Origin: Squalus acanthias
Taxonomy: Eukaryota
Reading direction: 5' to 3'
Assembly (NCBI GenBank): GCA_030390025.1
Contig: CM059431.1
Span: forward strand, 154,258,001-154,322,000
Length of the DNA: 64,000 bases
Made by a program: the position numbers and the translations under genes. The first letter of the stretch is position 1; each line of letters begins with the position of its first letter. Positions 38,330-50,681 of this stretch are shown here, in pieces. The notes beneath the pieces were generated by a model. It did no database searches. It had not been told where the DNA came from and was given only the letters and a program-made list of their open reading frames with translations.

Positions 38330-38950
38330 ACGCACGTCAGAGAATGGTACGAAAAATAGAATGAGAGTAAAAAGGAGCTTTTACAGCCGGTGGCCAAAAG
38401 ATTGGCAAAAGAGGAGGATTTATAAAGTGACAGAAAGGAGGATAGGGAGGTGGAGAAGGGAAGAAAATACCTGAGAGTGTCGGCCTACGCGGCTGAAGAC
38501 ACAGGAACGTTTAGGGACCTTGGAGAGAACAGCACGCGGTTTAAACAATTACATTATCAACGAATTTGTTGGGCCATGGAACTGACTGTGCACACGAGGA
38601 CGGAATCAGGGGAACGGAGAGTTTTACGTGGGAAGTTGTGTTGCAGAATATTGCAGTGATAGGGAAGCGTGAAATTATATTCTGATTTAAACAAGAGGAT
38701 GAGAAATTTAAACTTCAGAGGCTAGAAGACTAGGTGCTCATGTAGGTCAACGAAGACCCGGTAATAAGAGAGAGCTGATCTGTGTTAAGATACGACCAGT
38801 AGAGTTTTGGATGAATTAACTCCTCTGGAGGGTAATGGATGGGAGGGTGCTAACAGAAGCATTATAGTAATGGTGTCTGGAGGTGACAAAGGCATGATTT
38901 ACTGTTTGAACGGAAGGTGGGCTGAAGTTTGGACCGTTTCAGAAACATGC
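38330..38950 (-). mobile_element. L2 LINE fragment, highly degraded
   Basis: Patchy similarity to L2 copies at 40730-41180 and 42150-43512. Confidence 0.5.
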
Positions 38951-39671
38951 GAGCGGCAGAAACCTGATTGTAAGGATCAGCAATCTGTTGAAGGAAGAAG
39001 TCTACAGATTTGTGAGACGATATCACGTCCAGTGATCATGGAGAGAATAACACGCGGATTAAACAATTAAACAACGAAATAAGTTATAGAAACGCTAAGT
39101 AGCCTTCGATTCCTGCCTGTGCTTTGGAAACGAAATGAATCATATGTCAAAATAGTTTTAAGAATTTGTTACTTATGATTGTTATTGAGCATACACGTGA
39201 GTGCAGGCAATACCGGATCATAATAAGTGTAGTAAAATATGAACGTGTGAGGTTCTGAAACTATTTATGAAAATGTGTCCAGCTGGCAACTTTCAGTCAT
39301 AACAAGTCTACGAATATTGCTGTTGAGTATCTGAATCTTTGTTTTTGTAATAGAGCTTCTCCGTGTGGTGACATCATGGCTGAGAACCCTAATGTGGGAT
39401 CCTGGAAATAAACAACCATCAAGGCAAAGATATGGCGCTCCCGTAGTTAGAATCAACTGGACGATGTTAATGTGTCCGAAATGAATGAACATCGGCGGAA
39501 ACAGTTAGGCGACCAATAGCATGATACCGCAAAAGGAATAGTCATCAATTACCGTGATTTGATCACGAACAATAAGACTCCGAAAGCAAACTACGACAGG
39601 CATAATACCCGTACAGGAACTGACAGAACCAATCGACAGCTGGTGATGCGGTTAAAAGCCTCAACACAGAA

Positions 39672-39912
39672 ATGGAACAAAGGTTTCATACCAGGACCGA
39701 ATCTCATGGCAATATATCTACAAAGAGCAGCCCCGTCAGTGCCAAAATTGAAAGGTCTAAACAGGAACAAGAGCAAAATACTCCGACAGAAACTCTGCGC
39801 AGCACGGATAGTTACAGTGCCATCAGCCAGACACACAGAGTGAATGTAGATCTACATCCGGGGCTGGAAGAAAAATCTCCCGGCGGATATGACAGACGCG
39901 TACGCACATCCG
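39672..39912 (+). CDS. Putative first coding exon (A1) of an NLR-type death-fold gene or pseudogene
   Basis: Kozak-like gaaATGG; MEQRFH...SPGGYDRRVRTS; donor G|GTGAG (phase 1) conserved in paralogous exons ending 50681 and 53343; upstream acceptor at 39352-39353. Confidence 0.6.
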
Positions 39913-40430
39913 GTGAGATTACTCTTTGCGTTGAAATTGTAAACCGCCCGTATTTAAACATAATCCAGCAAACCTCAATCTGTGTTTTCAGTCTCTTCTC
40001 ATTCTGTGGTGAATTCCCACTGATCTGAAACTGTAAACTCTTTTATCATCATATTGTGGTAAATTATAATGTGAATGGTACAGAAATCTTCACATTTCAT
40101 TCTTGTAATCATACCAAATCTTACACTCAATCTTGTTTCATCCATGTTTTCTGAGGTGAGATATGTATGACGCCTCGGCTTTTGGTTAACTTGAAAAATC
40201 ACCGACCACTTTGCCTGTGTTCTTGAATTATATAAATTCACTATTATAACTGTTAAATGCAACTTTATTGAAAACAAGTGTCAGCCGCATCTGTTTCTTC
40301 TATCTCTCGCTGATCCCTTGCCAAAACTGTTCCTAAAACTTCATAAATATATTACTTATCGACAAAAGTGCAGATTACAGTTATTGTGGCATTCAGGATT
40401 ATTCCTTTCGCGTTCCTCGCTCGACTGTAG

Positions 40431-40596
40431 ATGCTGGGGCACAAATCGAGGACGTTCTGGACAGTTTCAGAGACGTTGAACTCCGTAGAATCACATATTT
40501 TACCATCGGAGATTGGAAGAAGCTATTGAAGAAATTGTTGATAGTGTTGTCTTGACGTTATTGATTGAAGACATCATTGATGACAGCGAATATCAG
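40431..40596 (+). pseudogene. Exon B1: first half of a CARD-like death-fold domain, with a 1-nt frameshift
   Basis: ctgtag|...CAG|gtacat; reads DAGAQIEDVLDSFRDVELRRITYF-YHRRLEEAIEEIVDSVVLTLLIEDIIDDSEYQ if one T is restored in the T-run 40498-40501. Confidence 0.7.
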
Positions 40597-40729
40597 GTAC
40601 ATTAGATACCAGGGATTAGGTCATTTAACGATTTCAAACTGAAATGTGAAAGAATATTCAGAATCAAAGGGACATTGCAATTCAGTTCCGGGATTTTGGG
40701 ATCCACTGCAATCGTTTCGTTACCGAACA

Positions 40730-41180
40730 GCAACATTAACTTGCATTTATATAACGTCTTTAACGTCCCACGACGCTGCACAGGAGAGTAATCGACAAAA
40801 AAGATGACACCGAGCTAAAGAACATTAGGACAGGCGACCAACCGCTTGGCCAAAGAGCTAGGTTATAAGCAGCATCTTAAAGTAATAGAGTTCGTCGGAG
40901 AGGCAGAAAGCTTTAGGTAGGGAATTCCTGAGGTTAAAGACCAGATTCTGAACGCACGACAGCAGGTGGTGATGCGAAGGAAGCAGTGGATGCACAAGAG
41001 GTCAGAGATTTAGGAATATTCTTTTCTCGGAGGGCTCTAGGGCTGTAGGAGTTTACAGAAATAGTGAGTGTCAAGGCCAAGGAGCGATTTCAAAAAGAGA
41101 ATGAGAGTTTTAAAATCTAGCCTTTTGTAGACCGGGAGCCAATGTAGGTCAGCGAGCAGAGGGGGCGTGGATGAACCGGT
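40730..41180 (-). mobile_element. L2 LINE 3' end
   Basis: AACTTGCATTTATAT tail; ORF 41037-41264 TPPLLADLHWLPVYKRLDFK. Confidence 0.8.
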
Positions 41181-42149
41181 TCTAAGATTCATTTTCAATG
41201 CTGAAGATCTGTTTATGTAACATTTCCTCATAAACATGATATTTGGAAGTAGGCTGGTCGTCATTCTCTGTATGACTTCTAGGTCTTGGATGTTTCCTCT
41301 TTGCTTCGATAATCAGAACTGAATCAGGTACCCGAATTGTGGCCTCGCCATAATGCATTTCAGCGTCTGCACGACAGTCTCAGAATTCTTATTTAGTTAA
41401 ATAAATTAGCAGGCTCGTTGCTTTACGGATAGCCATTAGGCGATATTTTGGCATGGTGGCAAGTGGATTTTTGGCGGTCATGTTCCATGCCAAAGCTGCG
41501 TGTTGGTAAATTGTACACCGTTGTGTATGTGCAGTTACTTACTGTGAATGTAAATTCCTGATATGTGGTCCCAGGAGTTCGACTCCATCTAGGTTCTGAA
41601 TTTTTCCCTGTTGTCATGTTGAGACTATTAGCACTCCAAGATCTCTCCGTCTCACCCCGCCACCCTGCAAGTTACAGGCCATCAATTGAATATCTGTTTA
41701 ATTTCCAATCTGCCCATCTCGCAACAATGAATTTCACCTACAAAAATGCTATCCATATTCTGAAGTTCCACGGCTGCCTCATCCATCTCAACGCTAACTC
41801 CTAATGCAATATGATTTTTCGAATTTTGATCAATTTACTTTGCATTTCACCATTCAGGTAGTTTATACTAAATAGAATTAGTAGCAGGTGATAAAGATCT
41901 TTAGAATACTTCAATCAATTATTCTACCCTAAAATCACTCACCTTACTCGTGTGATTGATTCCTCCGTTTCACACAATTGCTTATCAATTACAAGATCCA
42001 GCAGATAGCTTGTGAACGTGGTTTTCATGTGAAAATTGAAGGGAGGTTTAAAAATAGTAAAACTAACCTATCATCGGGCTCCCATCGTGGGCTTCCTTAC
42101 ACTGGTCAGTAAGGTTAGCAGACAGAAATTCACTCCTTTGAAAATAATT

Positions 42150-43512
42150 GCCCAGGTTATACTCGTGTTGTCGCCTCCCAAATCCATATCCATCTTTCCA
42201 GCAACATCATTTTGAACACCTAGTGTCGGGATTCTGCCCCTGCCACAGTATTGGAACGGTCCACAACAAAGTTACAAATAACATCCTATGTGACTGTTCC
42301 CTCTGTGAACTATCCTCCCTCAATTGTCTCGACATCTCTGCAGCCTTTGACACGGTTAACCATACCATCGTCTCCAGTGATTCCCCGTCGTTGTTCAGCT
42401 GGGTGGGACAGCCCTCACCTGTTTCCATTCTTATCCATCCAGTCGAAGCCAGAGAATCTCCTGCAATGGCCTCTCTTATCGATACAGCACCGTTACCTCT
42501 GGAGTACCCCAAGGGTTCTTCGTTTCCCCACACTTTTTTCTCAACTACATGGTGTCACTTGGTTACATCTTACGAAAGCACAATCTCAGTTTCCACATGT
42601 ACGCTGATGACACTGATTTCAACCTCCGCTCCACCTCTCTCAACCCCTCCAAAGACACTGCTTTGTCTCTCTACTTGTAAATCTGCCAATATGGGATGTG
42701 CAAAAAAGGTCCTCCAATGAAATATTAGGAAGACTCGGTGCCTTGATTCCCCGTAACAAAATCCTTTCCCTAGCCACCGTCTCCTTCCCTGTCGCTGGCC
42801 ACTGTCACAGGCTGAAATAGGCTTTTCGCAACCTTGGCGTCGTGTTAGATCCTAAGTTGAGCTTCCGACCCCATAGCCAAGACGACTGCCTCTACCTCAG
42901 TAAGATGCCTTTTCCTCCCGCCGCAGCCCAACAGCTGCTGGAAAACTTATCCATAATTTTTATTACCTTCAGATTTGAACATTGCAATGCTCTCCTGGCC
43001 GCAACCCCAAATTCCATACTCCTTAAACCTGAAGTTATCTCAAACTGTTCTGCCCGTAGCCTAATTCGCAAGAATCCCGTTCACCCCACTGCCTGCTGAC
43101 CTACATTTACTCCTGCTCCTTCAATTTAAAATTCTCATGGTACAGTTCAAATCATTCCCGTGTCTAACCCCTCTCCTCTCAACAACACCGTCCTTCTACC
43201 GTCCGAGTTCTCCGCTAATCTCCAATCCTGTTCTGTTGTGCATCAACGAATTCCATCCCCCCACCATTGCTGGCCGTGCCATTAGCTGCCCAGGGCCAAA
43301 TCTCTGGAATTCCTTCCCTAACCGTCTCCGCCTCTCCATCTATCTCTCCTCCTTTAAGGCGCTCCTTAAAACCTAACTCTTTGATCAAACTTTTGGTCAC
43401 CTCTCCTAGCATGCCCTAATGTTGCTCCTTGCCGAATGACTCTGATTCCTGTGACGTGCCTTGGAATGTTTTATTGCGTTAAAATCACTTTATAAATGCA
43501 AGTTGTTGCTGT
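42150..43512 (+). mobile_element. L2 LINE RT to 3' end, degraded
   Basis: SGFCPCHS, KVTNNIL, LDISAAFDTVNH, GPNLWNS, SFKALLKT; tail TATAAATGCAAGTTGTTG. Confidence 0.85.
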
Positions 43513-44163
43513 TCGTAATACTCGCAGTTTTGTTTACCCAAGTGATGGATTCAAATACGTTTACAATTTGTTATTGTTTTGAATTAGTGGTTCAATCCTA
43601 TCTTGCTTTCAGTCCACTGCTGCCTCTCGTATTGAATCGCTTCCTCCTTGAATGTCATTTCTTTCGAGTTTGCATTCTCTTGGTGTGGTGCATCATATTC
43701 ATTCCATGAAATATTTGTTTCATTAACGATCTATTCCGTGCTAATCATGTTACACGTCGTTAAATTCCGCTTCAGCATTATTTGGTGAGTGAATGGTTCA
43801 ATCGATGTATTGATTTATTGGTCTAACCGCCCATCAATCTATCTGTCTATCGATCTATTGATGTAGATATGACATGAAATCATGTAAAATAAAAATGTAG
43901 GGCAAGAAAATAACTGCAAATGCTTGAAAGCTGAAATTAAAACAAAAAAGCTCTCGACATATCGTCATGAATTGTTGTTAGCTCAACTACAGGGTGTGTC
44001 TATTACTAGCTGATTGAGTAAAATAAATAGCCATTGCATACGGAAGTGGAATGTCTGCATGTGAAACAACTGCTCTGGAAATATTCGTCTTACAAGTTTT
44101 ATGCATACTTGATGTGGTGCACCTCAAGATGTTGGGTTGACTCTTTCTGCATTTTGAATCCAG

Positions 44164-44329
44164 CAAGTCAGGGAACTAACGGAAAAACAACAGAGGAACA
44201 AAGCTTCCAAATTCCTTTTAGATAAAGTGATCAGAGATAAAGCACTGAGAGCAGTGTCGGAAATATTTGCGAACAAGTATGGTGGGACGCCAAAGCTGAG
44301 AGAAATACTGGAAGAAATACAACGAAATG
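44164..44329 (+). CDS. Exon C1: second half of the CARD-like death-fold domain
   Basis: Pyrimidine-rich tract then atccag|; open frame QVRELTEKQQRNKASKFLLDKVIRDKALRAVSEIFANKYGGTPKLREILEEIQRN; G|gtatta; phase 0 to 1. Confidence 0.75.
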
Positions 44330-44589
44330 GTATTAATTACTTCATTTGCACTGCATTTAACCGTTTAAATATATTTCCTAAATACCACGTGTAGTATTCT
44401 ATTGATGGTAAATCAGAATCATACATTTCTCAACAGGTTTCAATCTGCAATATAAAAAAATCTGCAGCCAAATACCGGCAAAAAAACCGCGTTATTTAGA
44501 AGGTACGTGGTGTTTAAACATTTCATGTTCAATTAAACCGCTCTTAAGTTAATATTAAAGAATATAATATATATATGGACAGAATATAA

Positions 44590-47035
44590 AAAAAACAGCA
44601 AAGAATGAATTAAAGATTAATAAGGAGAGAAAAATTTGCGTACGAGAGAAAGCTAACTAGAAATATAAAAATATATAGTAAGTGTTTCTATATATATTTA
44701 AAAAAGAAAAGAGTTAACAAAGTGAGCGTTGGTCCTATACAAAGTGAGTCTGGGGAATTAATAATGGAAAATAAGGAGATGGCAGTTGAATTGAACAGGT
44801 ATTTTGCATCGGTCTTCACTATAGACGATACAAGTAACAGCCCAGAAATGGCTGTAGATCAGGAAATGGAAGGGAGGGAGGAACTCAAGAAAATTCTAAT
44901 CACCAGGGAAGTAGTACTGAGCAAATTGTTGGAGCTGCGGGCTGACAACTCCCCGGGTCCTGATGGACTTCATCCGAGAGTCTTACAATAAGTCGCTAGT
45001 GAGATAGTTTATGCGTTGTATTTAATTTTACAAAATTCCCTAGATTCGGGAAAGGTTCCTTTCGATTGGAAAATAGCGAATGTTACTCCTTTATTCAAAA
45101 AAGGAGGTCGACAGAAAGCAGGAAACTACAGGCCAGTTAGCTTAACATCTGTCGTAGGGAAGATGGTAGAAGTTATTATTAAAGACGTTATAGCAGGGCA
45201 TGCAGTAAAGTTCAAAGTAATAAGGCAGAGTCAACATGGTTTTGTGCAAGGGATATCATGTTTAAACAATTTATTGGAGTTCTTTGAAGAAGTAACATGT
45301 GCTGTGGATAAAGGGGAACCGGTGCATGTACTGTACTTCAATTTCCAGAAAGCATTTGATAAGTTGCCACATCAAAGGTTATTGCGGAAAATAAAAGCTC
45401 ATCATGTAGGGGTAACATATTGGCATGGATAGAAGGTTGGCTAGCTAACAGGGACCAGAGCGTATGCATAAATCTGTCATTTTCTGATTGGCAAGATGTA
45501 ACGAGTGGTGTGCCACAGGGATCAGTGCTGGGGCCTCAACTTTTTACAATTTATATAAATGACTTGGATGAAGGGACCGAAGGTATGGTTGCTAAATTTG
45601 CTGATGACACAATGATAGGTAGGAAAGTAAATTGTGAAGAGGACATAAGGAGGCTTCAAAGGGATATAGATAAATTAAGTGAGTGGGCAATGATCTGGCA
45701 AATGAAGTATAATGTGGGAAAATGTGAATTTGTCCATTTTGGCAGGAAGAATGAAAAATAAGCATATTATCTAAATGGTGATAGATTGCAGAGATCTGAG
45801 ATGGAGAGGGATCTGGGTGTCCTCGGCATGAATCGCAAAAGGTTAAAATGCAGGTACAGCAAGTAATTAGGAAAGCTAAAAGAATGTTATCGTTTATTGC
45901 GAGGGGAATTGAATACAAAAGTAGGGAAGTTATGCTTCATTTATACAGGGCATTGGTGAGATGACATCTGGAGTACTGTGCACAGTATTGGTCTCCTTAT
46001 TTAAGGAAGGATGTAAATGCGTTGGAAGCAGTTCAGAGAAGGTTTACTAGACTAATACCTGGAATGGGCGAGTTGTCTTATGAGGAAAGATTGGACAGGC
46101 TAGGCTTCCATACGCTGGAGTTTAGAAGCATAGAAGCATAGAAGCATAGACGATAGGAGCAGGAATAGGCCATTCGGGCCCTCGAGCCTGCTCCGCCATT
46201 TAATGAAATCATGGCTGATCATCCAAATTCAGTACCCTGTCCCTGCTTTCTCCCCATATCCCTTGATTCCTTTAGCCTTATGAAATATATCTATCTCCTT
46301 CTTGCATATATTTAATGAATTGGCCTCAACTGACTTATGTGGTAGAGAATTTCACAGGTTCACCACTCTCTGGGTGCAGAAATTCCTCCTCATCTCAGTC
46401 CTAAATGGCTTACCCCTTATCCTTAGACTGTGACCTCTGGTTCTGGACTCCGCCGCCATCGAGAAGATCCTTCCTGCATCTAGTCCGTCTAGTCCTGTTA
46501 GAATTTTATAAGTTTCAATGAGATCCCCTCTCATTCTTCGAAACTCTAGCGAATATATGCCTAATCGACCCAATCTCTCTTCATACGTCATTCCTACCAT
46601 CCCAGGTATCAGTCGGGGAAGAATAAGAGGTGACTTGATTGCAACATATAAGATCCTCAGGGGTCTGGACAGGGTGGATGTGGATAGGATGTTTCCTCTT
46701 GTGGGAGAATCTAGAACTAGGGGTCATTGTTTTCAAATAAGGCGTCGCCCATTTAAGACAGAGATGAGGAGAATTGGTTTCTCACAGAGGGTCATGAGTC
46801 TTTGGAACTCTCTTCTTCAGAGGGCGGTGGAAGCAGAGTCTTTGAATACTTTTAAGGCAGAGGTAGATAGTTTCTTGGTAAGCAAGGGGGTGAAAAGTTA
46901 TCGGGTGCAGACAGGAATGTGGAGAAATCGGATCAGCCATGATCTTATTGAATGGCGGAGCAGGCTCGAGGTGCCGGGTGGTCTACTCCTGCTCCTAATT
47001 TGTATGTTCGTATGTATGTATGTATGTTCGTATGT
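44590..47035 (+). mobile_element. CR1 LINE split by an antisense CR1 3' end
   Basis: ORFs 44722-45761 with RT motifs; resumes ~46618; (TATG)n tail. Confidence 0.92.
46123..46613 (-). mobile_element. CR1 3' end (~490 bp)
   Basis: (CATAGAAG)n tail; ORF 46352-46600; highly similar to 26359-26840. Confidence 0.92.
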
Positions 47036-47261
47036 AACGATATTGGAATTATATATCGCGTCTCGTAACCTCATTGGTTACCACAATGCCATATATATAT
47101 AATATATAATATTATATTCATAATGATTACTAATTTTTCAACTTTTCCTCTTGGCTTTACTAATTATTTAATGCAGTGGAAGAGATTTCTAAAAACGTCT
47201 TCTGAAGTATCGCCTGTTATTATAACTACTCCACTGTTTTAATTCCACCTGTATTTTATAG

Positions 47262-47431
47262 TGGATGATATTACTGGAGTTGCACCAACTGTATCGATAG
47301 ACACTGTCACTCGACAATCCAAAGCTACAGAATTGTTTCGGTATAGAATATTTGAAATTATTGAAGATTCTGTGGCTGCTATCAGTAAAAATCTGCCTAA
47401 TATTAATGTTTCCGTTCGAATAGAACTTGAG
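47262..47431 (+). CDS. Exon B2: duplicated death-fold first half
   Basis: tattttatag|TG...GAG|gtatgg; 170 nt; phase 1 to 0; DDITGVAPTV...TELFRYRIFEIIEDSVAAISKNL...IELE. Confidence 0.65.
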
Positions 47432-48282
47432 GTATGGCTGACATAAATTGAACTGGACCTAGTGTATACTAATGTAGAACTGATTAGTCTTCTATTGTTT
47501 AAATATAAGAAAAAAATTTTACGCTTTCTTGTCCTGTCTTTTCTGAAGTAGCCGTGTTTCACTGAGTAATCGTTACATGGGACACCGCTCCCTCTACGAC
47601 ATTTTACATGAGCGAAAAGGATGATTGCTGAGATTCCCACTTCCTTAACTAATGTCTGCTCGGGTGCATCGCAGATGCTAATTTTGACAGTTTTTCTCCC
47701 CGCACAATATGCGGAGGCATCTCAGTGATTCGGGATCAGCACTGTTCTGAAAGTGCTATTTGATCGACTTCCGTGTTCATCACCAACAGCCACTGCACTT
47801 CGATATTCAGGAATATCGGATTTACTGGAAGCTGTGGAATATATTAAGATATTCAGGAAGATCTCTTTTCAGATCAGACCGCATTAATGCTCGTTGTTTT
47901 TTTCTCCAGAATAACTTTGAGCAAAGCGTCAATCATAGTTCTGTCCCTTATTTTACTAGAATAGGGATATGTCCTTTCGGCCGACTAACTTAATAACCCC
48001 TTGGTCATGTCCCTCCCCTCCAGGCCCAACACTGAGACTGGATCTGCCTCCTTTCCTCTAGACCCAACTCTTACCCTGAATGTGTAGCTGCACCTCCAAT
48101 CAGAAGTCTTGCATTATATCTGCATTCTCGCTGCTAATCACGAACTGTTAATTGCATTCCAGTCGCCACCCCAATCTTCAATCTTATTCTGTTACGCCCA
48201 CTACTCTCCGACTTGCTTCCAATGTTGCACTTTCCTTGGCTTCAGGATGTATCTACTTAAATCGAGATATCCTCTGAAGGTT

Positions 48283-49782
48283 CTCCAGTGTGTACATCCC
48301 TAAACTACATAGTCTCTCCTCATAGGTCAATGCCGCCATTCCTGGTATCAGCCTGGTGAATCGCCGCTGCACCCCCTCCATGGCAAGAACATCTTTACTC
48401 AGATGAGGCGACCAAAACTGTACAGAGTACTCGTGGTGTGGTCTCACCAGTGCCCTGTACAGCTGCAGCAAGGTATCCCTGTTCCTGTATTCCAACCCTT
48501 TTGCTATGAAGGCCAGCATACCGTTTGCCTTCTTGACCGCCTGTTGCACCTGCATGCTCGCCTTCAGTGACTGGTGTACAAGAACACCCAGGTCTCTCTG
48601 TACTTCCCCCTCTCCCAATTTATTGCCATATAAATAATAATTTGCCCTCCCGTTCCTGCACCCAAGGTGGATAACTTCGCACTTGTCCACATTATAGTGT
48701 ATCTGCCATTTATCCGCCCAATCACCCAATCTGTCCAAATCGCTCTGGAGCTTCCTGGTCTCCTCCTCTGAGCCCACCTCCCCTCCTAGTTTAGTGTCGT
48801 CTGCAACTTTGGAAATGCTGCATCCGACTCCCTGATCCAGGTCATTAATGTAAATTGTGAACAGCTGGGGACCCAGGACAGATTCCTGTGGTACCCCACT
48901 GGTTACTGCCTGCCATTCAGAAAATGAGCCGTTTATTCCAACTCTCTGTTTTCTATCTGACAGCCAGTTCTCTATCTACGTCAATACTTTCCCCTCTATC
49001 CCATGAGCTTCAATTTTCCATGCTAATCTTTTATGTGAGACCTTATCGAAGGCCTTTTGGAAGTCCAGGTACACCACATCTACTGGCTCTCCCCCATCTA
49101 TTTTACCAGTTACTCCCTCAAAAAATTCCAATAGATTAGTCAAGCACGATTTACCCTTTGTAAATCCATGTTGACTCTGTCCTATCCTGTCCACATTTGC
49201 TAAGTGCTCCGCTATTTCATCCTTAATGATGGACTCCAGCATTTTGCCCACAACTGATGTACGGCTTACAGGTCTGTAATTACCTGCTTTTTCCCTACCC
49301 CCCTTTTTGAATAGTGGGGTAACGTTAGCTACCCTCCAATCCATGGGCACTGTTCCCGAGTCTAATGAATTCTGAAAAATCATACTTAGTGCATCCGCTA
49401 TCTCTAGGGCCACCTCCTTCAGTACCCTAGGATGCATGTTATCAGGCCCTGGGGATTTGTCCGCCTTCAATCCCTTTAGCTTCCTTAACACCATATCCTT
49501 AGAGATATTGATTTGCGTCAGTTCCTCCTTTGCCAATGTCCCTATTTTTCCCGATATCCCAGGGAGGTTTTTTGTGTCTTCCTTCGTAAAGACTGACCCA
49601 AAGTATGCATTTAGTTGGTCTGCCATTTCCTTATTTCCCGTTATATATTCCCCCGTATCTGACTGCAATGGACCAACTTTGGTTTTCACCAGTCTTTTCC
49701 TCTTGATATACTTATAAAAGCTTTTGGAGTTAGTTTTTATATTTTCTGCCAGCTTGCTTTCGTAAGCTATTTTGCCCCTCTT
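48283..49782 (-). mobile_element. Internal CR1 RT fragment lacking both ends
   Basis: Same-length match to 31231-32730 with scattered substitutions; no 3' UTR or tail. Confidence 0.93.
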
Positions 49783-50575
49783 AGAAGCGCAATTTACCTA
49801 TATTCCAGCTTTCCTATGTGTACGGGACTTACATTTATTGATTGTGCTTCAACTGTCCTGCACATGTTCGTGCTGCGAATCCTGATCATCTCTGCGCAGA
49901 GTTGCCTCATCAGATGTGTGTGAATTTTACTTTAAAACTAGCCCATCCCGATGATCCATCTTCTCTTGAAGAGAAAATCAGACTTTTGGGATCATTTCGA
50001 CTACAGCTTTCGGAATCTCATCTTATCAAACAATTTCCTTGCCTTTCTTCTCTTCGGTTTTGCTTTATGATAGGCATTACTATTTATGTCTACCTTAACT
50101 GTCGTACCACCGCCTTGGGGAAATACCCTTTGTTTAATCCCTCGCTGTATAGTGCACCTTTCCTCATATCTCCATGTTCATCCTGTATCTTAAAAAGGTT
50201 ATCTAGTTTGCTCTTAAAATTTCCCAATTTCTAATTTAGGATAGAGCTATTAAATAATTTGTTAATCCTGAATTCACGCATTATCTTGCTCGCCAGTCTC
50301 ATACAATCATGGAACAAAACAGTACAGAAGATGGCCTGTCGGCCAAAATGCCTTTGCTGGCTCTTTGAACGTGTGATCTAATTAGCTTCATTGCAACAGG
50401 TCTTTAAGTTTCCGCTCGATTTTATGGCCAACAATCACCTCGAATGTATATTGGGAAACAAAAATAACCCGGACCTATTACAGATGCTTCCCCCAATTAA
50501 ACTTGGTCGTTATGCCCGTGCGAGCTCATTTATTTACAATACAACTGTGTGATTGAATGATCATTTTCTTTTCAG

Positions 50576-50681
50576 CAATGTGGACAACTTTGGGGAAAGA
50601 CTCACAGAAAGGAAGCTGCTAACCTCCTTCTCGAAACGCCGATAGAACCAGGCGGATATGGCAGAAGTACAGACACATCCA
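50576..50681 (+). CDS. Chimeric exon (C-type 5' part plus A-type 3' part)
   Basis: ttttcttttcag|QCGQLWGKTHRKEAANLLLETPIEPGGYGRSTDTS A|gtgaga; 106 nt; phase 0 to 1; no stops. Confidence 0.65.

Noticed and set aside
39591..40277. Hydrophobic minus-strand ORFs suggesting a GPCR or viral envelope remnant
   Set aside because: No diagnostic motifs, and the frames are not preserved among the three paralogous copies
47239..47640. Minus-strand 133-aa ORF and its paralog 51753-52133 as a novel or viral protein
   Set aside because: They are antisense shadows of plus-strand exons B2 and B3; the splice signals and similarity to B1 are on the plus strand
48283..49782. Assembly artefact or direct copy of 31231-32730 (exactly 1500 nt)
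   Set aside because: Each copy carries private substitutions relative to conserved CR1 motifs, consistent with independent insertions
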